Source of the DNA: Bacteroidota bacterium
GTDB taxonomy: Bacteria > Bacteroidota > Ignavibacteria > Palsa-1295
Reading direction: 5' to 3'
Assembly (NCBI GenBank): GCA_021324735.1
Contig: JAJPIO010000009.1
Coordinates: 659,341-723,340, forward strand
DNA length: 64,000 bases
Shown here: piece by piece, positions 26,270 to 35,077 of the stretch
How the letters are laid out: the number at the start of each line of letters is the position of its first letter
Position numbering within the stretch: the first letter of the stretch is position 1
Program-made: the position numbers and the translations under genes
The notes under the pieces: model-generated
Seen by the model: only the letters and a program-made list of their open reading frames with translations
Told to the model about the DNA's origin: nothing
Databases searched by the model: none

Positions 26270-27091
26270 ATGAAGAATGAAATGAAACAGCTTCGTGCAA
26301 TTCTGATCCTGGTCGCGCTCTTGGTCGCTGGTTCTGCGAATGCCCAAATACTCAGCCGCGGCGATGTATTTGGTCCCGGAGCCCCGCCGCCCATGATCGG
26401 TATTGAATTAGGACTTGGAGAGCACACGCAATTGGGAAATCTGGACTGCGATTGCGGGGCCGTTTTTAGCAGCGGCACCGGTTCCGGTCTGCTTGCAGCA
26501 GCACTCTTCGAATTACCACTCGATTACGAATGGGCGATCGGTGTAAAAGCTGGTATTGACTTCAAGAATTTCTCTTCGTCCGCATTAGTGTGGGATACTG
26601 CCATTGTTAACTCGGGCACGCCGACGCAAACGCGTACCGACACGTTCGCAATGAATTTCAATCGCATTGGTACGGTGAAGGCAACGTTTATGACGTTCGC
26701 ACCTTATGTGCAATACCAATTCTTTCGAATGGGGCCGTTCGTGCAGGCGGGGCTGGGATTCGACTTCCTGATGGCGAATAGCCTGACGCAAGACAGGCAA
26801 TTGCTTACGAATTCTGTGCAGTTGAAGGATGGTACGACCGTAAGCAATCTGACCTTCACGAATGGGACCGATCAGGAAGAAATTCAAAGTGGTGCTATTT
26901 CAGAAGAGAGCAAATTGCGGTTGGGATTGCTTATCTCTGCGGGGTATAATATCCAGGTCTCCGACCGGTCGGTGTTTTCGCCGCTGCTAACGTACGATTT
27001 CCCGCTTACATCGAATACCAATGCTGCGGGGACTACCTGGAAGATCGGATCGTTGTATGCTTCTGCTGTGCTGAAATATAAGCTGGATTAG
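26270..27091 (+). CDS. Small outer-membrane beta-barrel protein (OMP_b-brl_2/porin-family-like)
   Basis: 273 aa. Signal peptide (LLVAGSANAQ), alternating-hydrophobic beta-strand pattern, and a terminal ..YASAVLKYKLD. It lies 19 bp after the PorE-like gene. Confidence 0.6.
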   Translation: MKNEMKQLRAILILVALLVAGSANAQILSRGDVFGPGAPPPMIGIELGLGEHTQLGNLDCDCGAVFSSGTGSGLLAAALFELPLDYEWAIGVKAGIDFKNFSSSALVWDTAIVNSGTPTQTRTDTFAMNFNRIGTVKATFMTFAPYVQYQFFRMGPFVQAGLGFDFLMANSLTQDRQLLTNSVQLKDGTTVSNLTFTNGTDQEEIQSGAISEESKLRLGLLISAGYNIQVSDRSVFSPLLTYDFPLTSNTNAAGTTWKIGSLYASAVLKYKLD

Positions 27092-27265
27092 CGTTTTTCG
27101 AGGAGGGAAACGCTGCCGGTCAGTCGCCAAATGTCTTCGGAACCATCCCATCTGAATTTCGGTCACGTGTACGCTAAAACGCCGTAATTCCTCTCGAACA
27201 GCGGTTTTTGCGTTATGTTATGGAATTTGAAAGCTGCGTTTAATAGATCTTACGAATTGTTTTCT

Positions 27266-30200
27266 ATGCTTCTCCCTGTGCGATTGAGTACGAAACTTCT
27301 GACCGTTTTTTTGATCGTTGCCGCGTTCCTTTGCGGGAGCTTCGCTCTTACGGATATTGCGCACGCTCAATCGCTTTCGACCGTGAACGCTTATATCGGT
27401 GCTGATGTGTCGACCGATGGATATGGACTCATCTCGATTTACATTCCGACCTCTCCGAAGACTCGTCTTAACTTCGATCAGAAGTCCTATGTGACCCTAA
27501 ATTTGCAGGGCAATTATTACACGAATAACACTCTTCTGCCATTAACAGGCGCAAACCCGCCATATCCTAACCACGTGTACGCGTATTTGCAGGGTGGCAA
27601 AACACAGAAGATCAAGGATACCATTCGAACGACCTGGTCACCATCTCCCAACTTCGATCTTGTACAAGATGTGTATCCCGTCGCATTTCCGGTCAATGGT
27701 TCGGGTCAGATCGTTTTTAAGTGGACGTTAGTCAATCATTCTAATCAATTTTTATCCGCTCAGCTTCAATTCTTGAACGACGTTGAAGTTAACACGATCG
27801 ATAATCCCAATATCTTTACTCGTGCCGGATATGATAAAACCGACAACCAGCCGTCGGGTGCTGGATGGCTGCAATTTCCAAACTCTCAATACAATGGTGT
27901 CCCGCCGTTCTATGGCGCAATAGAAAAATCCTTATGTACCTCTCAGTTTCCAGGTGTTATTGGAGTTGGCTTTACTAACGATTCGCTCGCACCGGACCCA
28001 ATGGGCCTCATGGCTCCCGATCAACTTTCCGTTGTTGATTGGCCAACTGTTGTTCAAGGTTATACCTGGGGCTCACCGGCAAACCCGTCGCAAACATCGA
28101 CGCTAAATATGGGCGATGATGCCGTGCTTATCGAGTGGCCGGGCAATGGCGCTGCCCCAAATTCTTCTACCGTTATCGCGTCTGGTAGTTACGGTGTCGG
28201 TAACTGTATGCCTATGGCGATCGGTAACCTGGCGGCTCTGATGTTCAAACCGGAGCATATCTTCTGGACTCCGACCGGGTATCAACCCAATCCGTTCAAA
28301 GTGGAAGCGATCGTCTTCGATCCCAATGGTAGCAATGCAGCTTCCAATGCTACGGCTAAACAAACGACCTCGGGGCCGATCCATATTATGTCGCCGTTGC
28401 CGGTCGTGAGCCCCTTCCAAAGCCAGCAGCAGCCAATGACGCCGCCGACGATTCAAACGTGCAATTTATCAGATGCGCTATGGACCGATTGGGTGGATAG
28501 CAGCCTCATTAATTGTTCGACGGATTCGATCTATAGCATTAATGTCTCGATCGGAGCTGGCGGTGTTCAGCCTCCATTCTTTATTGTGCCGTCTTCGGGT
28601 TCAACGTTTAGCTGCGATATTGCAGTAGATTGCCAATCCAAGGACATCTTTCCTCCAAAGCATTCTACTCATATTGGAAGCAACCCAACCAATTGTGGTC
28701 CTTTCCGTACGTTTACTTGGAATGTCTTTGATAGCACATCGAGGGATCTCGGCATAAAGGATATTCAGCCTCGCACCGATCCTAATGTGACACTCACATT
28801 TAGCCCAGGCATTACGGGATGTCCGCGTTTGGTCCAGGTAACAGCAACGCAAAAGGATACTACAAAAGCCTCTTGTGTTTATTTCACATATACCGATTGT
28901 GCCGGCAACATTAGCCTCGACACGGTCTGCTTCAGCGCATGTCTTCCTCCTAACCACGTGGACACGATCCCGCCGAAGTTTTGGCTGCAACGCTTATATA
29001 ATGCAAACCAGCCGTTCCAGGACTCAACTTGTAGTTTTAAGGGGAGTGATTGGACTGTGACCGACAGCATTAATAATGGATTGCAGACCGATCGAGGTAT
29101 CGATACCCTTATCGCGGTTAGCAGCACAAATATGACACTGGACAATATCGTCGGGCTGCCGCCACGGAAGACGCCGAAAGTGAGTTTTAATATCCAGGTT
29201 GTTGATTCTATGCAGAGTGGAGATATCCGCATTAAAGCAGTCGATGATGCGGATAGCGTGACCTATCTTACACTTCACTATTGCCCGGACCCAGACACCA
29301 TTCCGCCAGCCATTATTAATTTCCCGCTCAATCTTGGGACGTGGACCGATCAAGTGCTCGAAAACAGGCCGTGGGATCGTGGTATCGATTCGATCAAGTT
29401 GATCAATGTCAATAATTGTGCTCCCACACCGAATGGGGCATTTGTTACGACTCAGTTGGACGCAACTACCTGGTCTCTTCAGCCACATCCGAAACGTTGC
29501 CCGGGGCCCGATTCAGTCAGCTTCGACGTCCATATTATCGATACTTTCCAACAGGCATGCTTCCAAGTGGAAGCATGGGATTGCGCTGGTAATCATACTA
29601 TCGGCGGCGTGCAATGTTCTTCTCCGCTGGAGGATAAGTTCTGTCCGCGCGATCGCATTACGGTGAATCAGTCGCCACATGGTATTACGGTCGAAGTCTT
29701 CGACATCGACTCGACCAACGGCCAGCCGATCACGTTTAACACCGGCATCGATTCTATCTGGTTTGGATATGCCCATAACATGAGATTAGTCTCGACGACG
29801 GGAGTGAGGGGAAGTGGTAATCCTCCGTCGATACATGGGACATGGACCGGAAAGATGTCTGGTAAGGATTCTGTTTACGAGAAGACCATTACATTTACAT
29901 TCGAAGTAGCAGATACTTTATTACAAGATACATTGCCGGCGTGTCTGGACTGGAGCGCCATCGATGGAGCTGGTAATTACATTTGTAATAGCGTCACCCA
30001 TTGGTGCTACGATCTCACACAAGATACGAATCCGCCAATACTTACGGTGACCAATCCGCAGTGCACCGAGCTATCGCTTTATGTAACAGATTCCTTGACG
30101 ACAGATCGAGGGCTCTATAAAGTTTGGCTCGATACCGTCCACAACACTAATTTCAAACCAGTGGATGTGTCTAATATCAATGCAAAGCGATTAACACTGG

Positions 30201-31132
30201 CACTTTCGAAAGTTGATTCATCAAAGTCTGCGCTCGGTAAACTCTTCGCAATGGACGTGTATGGATCGCAGGGAATTGCCTCAATACAAAAAGCGCATAC
30301 CGATTCCGTAAATCTTTGGATGTACTCACAGAACTTGATGATGGGTAATCCAAGGTCCCAAACGGCACCGACGACCTTTACCGTACCGGTTTATCTTGTG
30401 GCAACGGACTCGGTGCCGTTAAGCCAAAAGAATATTTACCAATATCAATTTACTTTCCATGTAACGGGAAGTAATCTGATCGACTTTGCCGGGACGGATG
30501 TCACCGGTACCGCCAGTGCGGGGTGGACGGTAATGCCTGTTCCCGGTACGACGATCACACCGAATGCATCACGATATTATACTGTGACTGCGTTCGGTCC
30601 GGCGTTAAGGAGTACCGATATCTCGAATACGACTCCACTTATTAATTTGCGGTTTAGCGGCGCCGCGACCGACGTCGTTCAGGTAGCGCAGATCGTTGTT
30701 GATACCGATCAATGCGAGGCGGCTGTGGTGTACAATGGCGGTAATGACACGACATTCGCTGGACCCCACTACTCGGTCACTCTACCATCACCGAGCGGGA
30801 CACTGAATGGGGTCTCGATCATTCTAAAAGGCGTGTGCACGCCGGAGATCACGAATGGAGTACTGCCGACGATCGTTTCTCTTTCGCCGACGGTACCAAA
30901 TCCGACGGCGAATAGTGCGTCCGTTACTTATACGATCCCGGAAGAGGGAATGGTAATGCTCGAACTCTATGATGCTTTAGGTGTGCGGGTGCGCACACTT
31001 GTTTCAGAAGTAGAAAAGCAGGGCGAATACCACTTACAGTTAGATTCTCACGGCCTTTCGGAGGGAACATACTTCCTGCGTCTTGCCTCTGCGGGAAAAG
31101 TTGTCTCGCGTCGAGTGATCTTAGCGCATTAA
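27266..31132 (+). CDS. Very large T9SS cargo / surface protein, paralog 1 (unknown family)
   Basis: ORF 27215..31132; the ATG at 27266 gives MLLPVRLSTKLLTVFLIVAAFLCGSFALTDIAHAQ. After a ~330-aa N-terminal domain (VQDVYPVAF, VDWP, YTWG) come five ~100-aa modules D(T)xPP...D(R)G(I/L)...(C)AGN and a cohesin-like region. The Por tail is MLELYDALGVRVRTL...GTYFLRLASAGKVVSRRVILAH. Confidence 0.8.
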   Translation: MLLPVRLSTKLLTVFLIVAAFLCGSFALTDIAHAQSLSTVNAYIGADVSTDGYGLISIYIPTSPKTRLNFDQKSYVTLNLQGNYYTNNTLLPLTGANPPYPNHVYAYLQGGKTQKIKDTIRTTWSPSPNFDLVQDVYPVAFPVNGSGQIVFKWTLVNHSNQFLSAQLQFLNDVEVNTIDNPNIFTRAGYDKTDNQPSGAGWLQFPNSQYNGVPPFYGAIEKSLCTSQFPGVIGVGFTNDSLAPDPMGLMAPDQLSVVDWPTVVQGYTWGSPANPSQTSTLNMGDDAVLIEWPGNGAAPNSSTVIASGSYGVGNCMPMAIGNLAALMFKPEHIFWTPTGYQPNPFKVEAIVFDPNGSNAASNATAKQTTSGPIHIMSPLPVVSPFQSQQQPMTPPTIQTCNLSDALWTDWVDSSLINCSTDSIYSINVSIGAGGVQPPFFIVPSSGSTFSCDIAVDCQSKDIFPPKHSTHIGSNPTNCGPFRTFTWNVFDSTSRDLGIKDIQPRTDPNVTLTFSPGITGCPRLVQVTATQKDTTKASCVYFTYTDCAGNISLDTVCFSACLPPNHVDTIPPKFWLQRLYNANQPFQDSTCSFKGSDWTVTDSINNGLQTDRGIDTLIAVSSTNMTLDNIVGLPPRKTPKVSFNIQVVDSMQSGDIRIKAVDDADSVTYLTLHYCPDPDTIPPAIINFPLNLGTWTDQVLENRPWDRGIDSIKLINVNNCAPTPNGAFVTTQLDATTWSLQPHPKRCPGPDSVSFDVHIIDTFQQACFQVEAWDCAGNHTIGGVQCSSPLEDKFCPRDRITVNQSPHGITVEVFDIDSTNGQPITFNTGIDSIWFGYAHNMRLVSTTGVRGSGNPPSIHGTWTGKMSGKDSVYEKTITFTFEVADTLLQDTLPACLDWSAIDGAGNYICNSVTHWCYDLTQDTNPPILTVTNPQCTELSLYVTDSLTTDRGLYKVWLDTVHNTNFKPVDVSNINAKRLTLALSKVDSSKSALGKLFAMDVYGSQGIASIQKAHTDSVNLWMYSQNLMMGNPRSQTAPTTFTVPVYLVATDSVPLSQKNIYQYQFTFHVTGSNLIDFAGTDVTGTASAGWTVMPVPGTTITPNASRYYTVTAFGPALRSTDISNTTPLINLRFSGAATDVVQVAQIVVDTDQCEAAVVYNGGNDTTFAGPHYSVTLPSPSGTLNGVSIILKGVCTPEITNGVLPTIVSLSPTVPNPTANSASVTYTIPEEGMVMLELYDALGVRVRTLVSEVEKQGEYHLQLDSHGLSEGTYFLRLASAGKVVSRRVILAH

Positions 31133-31251
31133 TCGTATATTTGTTTGGCTGTCGGGTATTGTTATGATATCCAACGCTACCCGGTATATTCCTTTGTTAT
31201 AGCGGGAATCGAAGGCCGCGAACTTCGTTTCAGGCTGTAGGTTCTTCTCGT

Positions 31252-34200
31252 ATGCGTAAGGTTAGGATAAGGTTTACAATGATCCGTCCGTCCCTTGTAG
31301 TGGCGACATGTTTTTTGTTGTCTGTCGCGTTCTTTTCTACGGTGTTTGGTCAGCCGCTCACAACGAGCAATGCGTTTGTCTCTGCTGAAGTTACCGATAT
31401 CACCGGTCTAATTACGATAACAGAAGCGAATCACGGTCCGCGATTATCCTTTAATGAGGAGTCGTTCTTAACAGTCGCGGTCAATACCAATCAGGGCGTA
31501 CAGTATTATACCAATAATAACAATCTTCTCTTAAATCCGTATCCGGCAACGCCGACGTTACTGCTCAATGGCACGAATCGCATAATTCGTGGCAAAACCT
31601 GGGGGACCGATACGATCCGCACTACCTGGAGAGAGACCAATTTCGATATCGTGCAGGATGTTTATCCGGTAGCATTTGATAATAGCGGCCAGATCGTTTT
31701 TCGGTTCAAGATCGTCAATCATTCGCCGCAACCGATAACAGCTTCGTGCCAGTATATGCTGGACATCGCAACGTCGTCGTTTAACCCCAATTATGCGACG
31801 GATAATCCGAAATTTGCCTCGCGCAACGGCTACATAGCTGGTCTCACCGATTATGAAGGCACGGATGTACCACCGTTCTACGTGGATTTTGAGTACGACC
31901 TTTGCACTCCTCAATTTCCCGGGACCATTGGTACCGGTTACTTGGACGATGAAATGACTCCTGCCCCTGAAAAACTTATGAAGCCTGGGGCGCTTGCTAT
32001 TGTCGACTGGCCGAATACGGTACAGTATTATACGTGGGGTTGGCCGCGTACACTAACCTCACACGACGACAATGCGGTCGTATTGCAGTGGGCACCTCAC
32101 GATATTAATGGCAATACCGGCGCCGATTCCATCGCTGAGATCGGGAGTTCGAGTTGGGGGACGGGCGAGTATTGTGTCTGCGGGGGAAATCTCTTTGCGA
32201 TGATCTTCCACCCGAATAACGTCCGTTATTCGCAAACACGCAAGATGTATACTCCTGCGACCTTTCCCGTCGAGGCCCTGGTCTTTAATACGATCTCTTC
32301 TGGAGCAGATTCGGTAAAGGCAACTCAAACAGTGAACGGCCCGATGCGTATTCTCTGGCCGACCGACAACCGCACACCAGATAGCTTATCCCAGCTTCAG
32401 AATACATTCGAATCGCATCTGCCGCCGTGCGGAATGGTCGATGCGCGATGGGTCGATACGGTCGAAGACCTTATTAACTGTTCTACAGATTCGGTCTTCA
32501 ATATTTCGCTAGCGATACAGGGATACGGCATTGTTCGGCCGGCATTTTCAAATCCGGATCCATGCGCATGTCCGGTCCGTATCGATTGTACGGAAAGAGA
32601 TCTGGTCCCACCGCGATTTACAAAACCTGTTGTTAACTCGTCGTATCGTTACGATAGTACGTTCCTCGTATACGATACAACGCTGCTCGACCAAGGTGTA
32701 AGGTCCATCACCTATACCATCGATCCACCGGACCATAAATTATGTGACAGTGTGATCATCGCGCCGTTCCAAAGTTGTACAAAGTCACCAGTTTCGGTGA
32801 GCGTAAAGCAAAACGATTCGACCTGCGCCTCCTGCATTTATTTCACAGCTACGGATTGTGCCGGTAATGTGAGTTACGATACGGTGTGCTTTTTCGCACA
32901 TGTTATTCCTATCTATCCTGATACACTTCCACCCCAATTCCAATTGCAGGACCGGCAAAATTGGAATGATCCGACCGACACGACGAACCCCTGTAATGCC
33001 CGATCGAGTGACTGGCTGGTGACCGACTCGCGTCAGTACGATCGTGGCTTGCGTTCGATTGAAGTTGTTAAGGCAGAGAACATGAGCGTCGATTGGCAGC
33101 AGGCGTTCCATGTGGGGGCAGCATCGACTCGTATTGCGGTGAGCGTCAATGATACATTATCCGATGGCAAGATCATTCTAAAAGCCACCGATACTGTCGG
33201 AAATGTTACGTACGATACGATCACGTATTGCACCGTCGGCGATAGTCATGCGCCTCATCTTAGTATTGGACTGTACGATCAGGGGATTTGGCCGGTAAGC
33301 GTTCGCGATACGCAGGCCTGGGATCGAGGTATTGACTCGGTACTGCTTACTTCCATGCTCAATTGTGTGCCCGTACAAAAGACGGGCGATTCTCTTCGCC
33401 AGATCGATAGTACGACGTGGGTAGTCTACCCGGTGCCACGCAACTGCCCGCAACGTCTCGATTTTTCGATGGCAACGATCGATACGTTTTCTGCAGTGCG
33501 GTTCTGTGCCCAGGCGTGGGACTGCTGGAGTCCTTCCAACGCGAGCCTTCAACATTGTGCCGGCTGGCCTCCTGCAAAAGATACTTTATGTCCTGACACG
33601 ATCAATATTACGCCTCCACTATCGACGAACCCGCGGCATATTTTTATAACTATCACCGATTCGCATGTCGTAAACGGAGACACGGTTTCGATCGATGAAG
33701 GTATAGATTCTATCTGGTTCTGTGGCGCATACAATGTGACGCTGCGCTATGGTGGTAAAGATTATCCTGCGACCGCTGATTCATCGCTGCGCGGTATTGG
33801 AGGAATTTTGTCGGGCAAAGCCTTGCCTAAATATCAAAAGTCGATCACGTTCGAGTTGGAAGTAACGGATACGACCTCCCAGAACCCTGTTGCCTTCGCA
33901 TGTATCAATGCGATCGACGGAGCGGGTAATTTACTCTTCTGCGGTCAGCCATTTATTTGGTCCTATCCGATCAATCAGGATGTTTATGCTCCTCGGATCG
34001 GTGTTTCACCATCGTCGTGTCTTACGTTGAATGTCGTGGCCACCGATACGCAAATGAACGATCAGGGTTTATATCGTATCTGGTTGGATACTGCGCATAA
34101 TATCAATTTGGCCCCGGCAGATACCACGGTCTCCGGTGCGGGTACGGTGTCCTTTCCGATCGCTCGGAAATCGTCCGATCAATCGGCTACGGGGCGTTTA

Positions 34201-35076
34201 TATCTTCTCGATCTGTATGGCAGCCGAAGTAGCATTCCGGCGATCCGAAATCAGCATATCACAACCACGGATATTGCCGTCTACGATCAGGACTTGTCAT
34301 TGAAGACAGGACTAATCCTCGACACGGGCAAATTTGTGGTGCCCGTCTATCTTGATTCCACCGATGTGATACCGCTTGGACGAAAAGGATTGCGTGGCGT
34401 GCAATTCAGCTTCCATCTGACCGGCAGTAACAAGATCGACTTTATTGGTACGGATACGAAGGGGACGGCAACTGCTACCTGGAGTATGACCGGCCAACCG
34501 AACGGATCGACGCCTAACGATTACATGGTGACAGGGTTTGGCCCTTCATTGCCAAACAGCGCATTATCAAGCACGGTACCGTTCGTCAATCTGATATTCC
34601 GAGCACAGCCGACGGCGGAGGTTGCAGTGACCGAAGTCGTGATCGATACTATGCAATGTGGCGAAGCGGTGCTTTACAACGGAGGAAATGATACGACGCT
34701 TACCGGCCAGAATTATTCCGTTTCATTGCCAGCGCCTTCTGGGCAGGTAAGAGGTGGCAAGATCATCCTCAAAGGTAACTGTTCGCCGGTCATTGGCGAT
34801 GGATCGTTACCGACTATCGTCTCGCTTTCCCCGGTGACTCCGAACCCTGCGACCAGTTCGACTCAGATCATTTACACAGTCCCGGCAGAGGCATCTGTTC
34901 AACTTGAACTCTATAATGCACTCGGTGATAAAGTCCGGACCCTAGTATCGGAGATCCAAAAGCAGGGCAGATATACGCTGCAGTTGAATACTACGGGTCT
35001 TGCCGAGGGCACCTATTTCCTGCGTCTCTCTTCGCAAGGGAATGTCGTTTCACGGGAAGTAGTCCTCACGCACTAA
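31252..35076 (+). CDS. Very large T9SS cargo / surface protein, paralog 2
   Basis: 1274 aa, collinear with paralog 1 (VQDVYPVAF..GQIVFRFKIVNHS; DCAGNVSYDTVCF; DTLPPQF; WDRGIDSVLL; EGIDSIWF; NDQGLYRIWLDTAHN). The Por tail is QLELYNALGDKVRTL...GTYFLRLSSQGNVVSREVVLTH. Confidence 0.8.
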   Translation: MRKVRIRFTMIRPSLVVATCFLLSVAFFSTVFGQPLTTSNAFVSAEVTDITGLITITEANHGPRLSFNEESFLTVAVNTNQGVQYYTNNNNLLLNPYPATPTLLLNGTNRIIRGKTWGTDTIRTTWRETNFDIVQDVYPVAFDNSGQIVFRFKIVNHSPQPITASCQYMLDIATSSFNPNYATDNPKFASRNGYIAGLTDYEGTDVPPFYVDFEYDLCTPQFPGTIGTGYLDDEMTPAPEKLMKPGALAIVDWPNTVQYYTWGWPRTLTSHDDNAVVLQWAPHDINGNTGADSIAEIGSSSWGTGEYCVCGGNLFAMIFHPNNVRYSQTRKMYTPATFPVEALVFNTISSGADSVKATQTVNGPMRILWPTDNRTPDSLSQLQNTFESHLPPCGMVDARWVDTVEDLINCSTDSVFNISLAIQGYGIVRPAFSNPDPCACPVRIDCTERDLVPPRFTKPVVNSSYRYDSTFLVYDTTLLDQGVRSITYTIDPPDHKLCDSVIIAPFQSCTKSPVSVSVKQNDSTCASCIYFTATDCAGNVSYDTVCFFAHVIPIYPDTLPPQFQLQDRQNWNDPTDTTNPCNARSSDWLVTDSRQYDRGLRSIEVVKAENMSVDWQQAFHVGAASTRIAVSVNDTLSDGKIILKATDTVGNVTYDTITYCTVGDSHAPHLSIGLYDQGIWPVSVRDTQAWDRGIDSVLLTSMLNCVPVQKTGDSLRQIDSTTWVVYPVPRNCPQRLDFSMATIDTFSAVRFCAQAWDCWSPSNASLQHCAGWPPAKDTLCPDTINITPPLSTNPRHIFITITDSHVVNGDTVSIDEGIDSIWFCGAYNVTLRYGGKDYPATADSSLRGIGGILSGKALPKYQKSITFELEVTDTTSQNPVAFACINAIDGAGNLLFCGQPFIWSYPINQDVYAPRIGVSPSSCLTLNVVATDTQMNDQGLYRIWLDTAHNINLAPADTTVSGAGTVSFPIARKSSDQSATGRLYLLDLYGSRSSIPAIRNQHITTTDIAVYDQDLSLKTGLILDTGKFVVPVYLDSTDVIPLGRKGLRGVQFSFHLTGSNKIDFIGTDTKGTATATWSMTGQPNGSTPNDYMVTGFGPSLPNSALSSTVPFVNLIFRAQPTAEVAVTEVVIDTMQCGEAVLYNGGNDTTLTGQNYSVSLPAPSGQVRGGKIILKGNCSPVIGDGSLPTIVSLSPVTPNPATSSTQIIYTVPAEASVQLELYNALGDKVRTLVSEIQKQGRYTLQLNTTGLAEGTYFLRLSSQGNVVSREVVLTH

Positions 35077-35077
35077 A

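Noticed and set aside
26270-27091. The small barrel as a PorP/SprF-family T9SS protein
   Set aside because: It lacks the characteristic N-terminal AQQ-dP-fsqy-fN..NPA motif of PorP/SprF. Its pattern fits generic OMP_b-brl_2 barrels better, so the family is left open.
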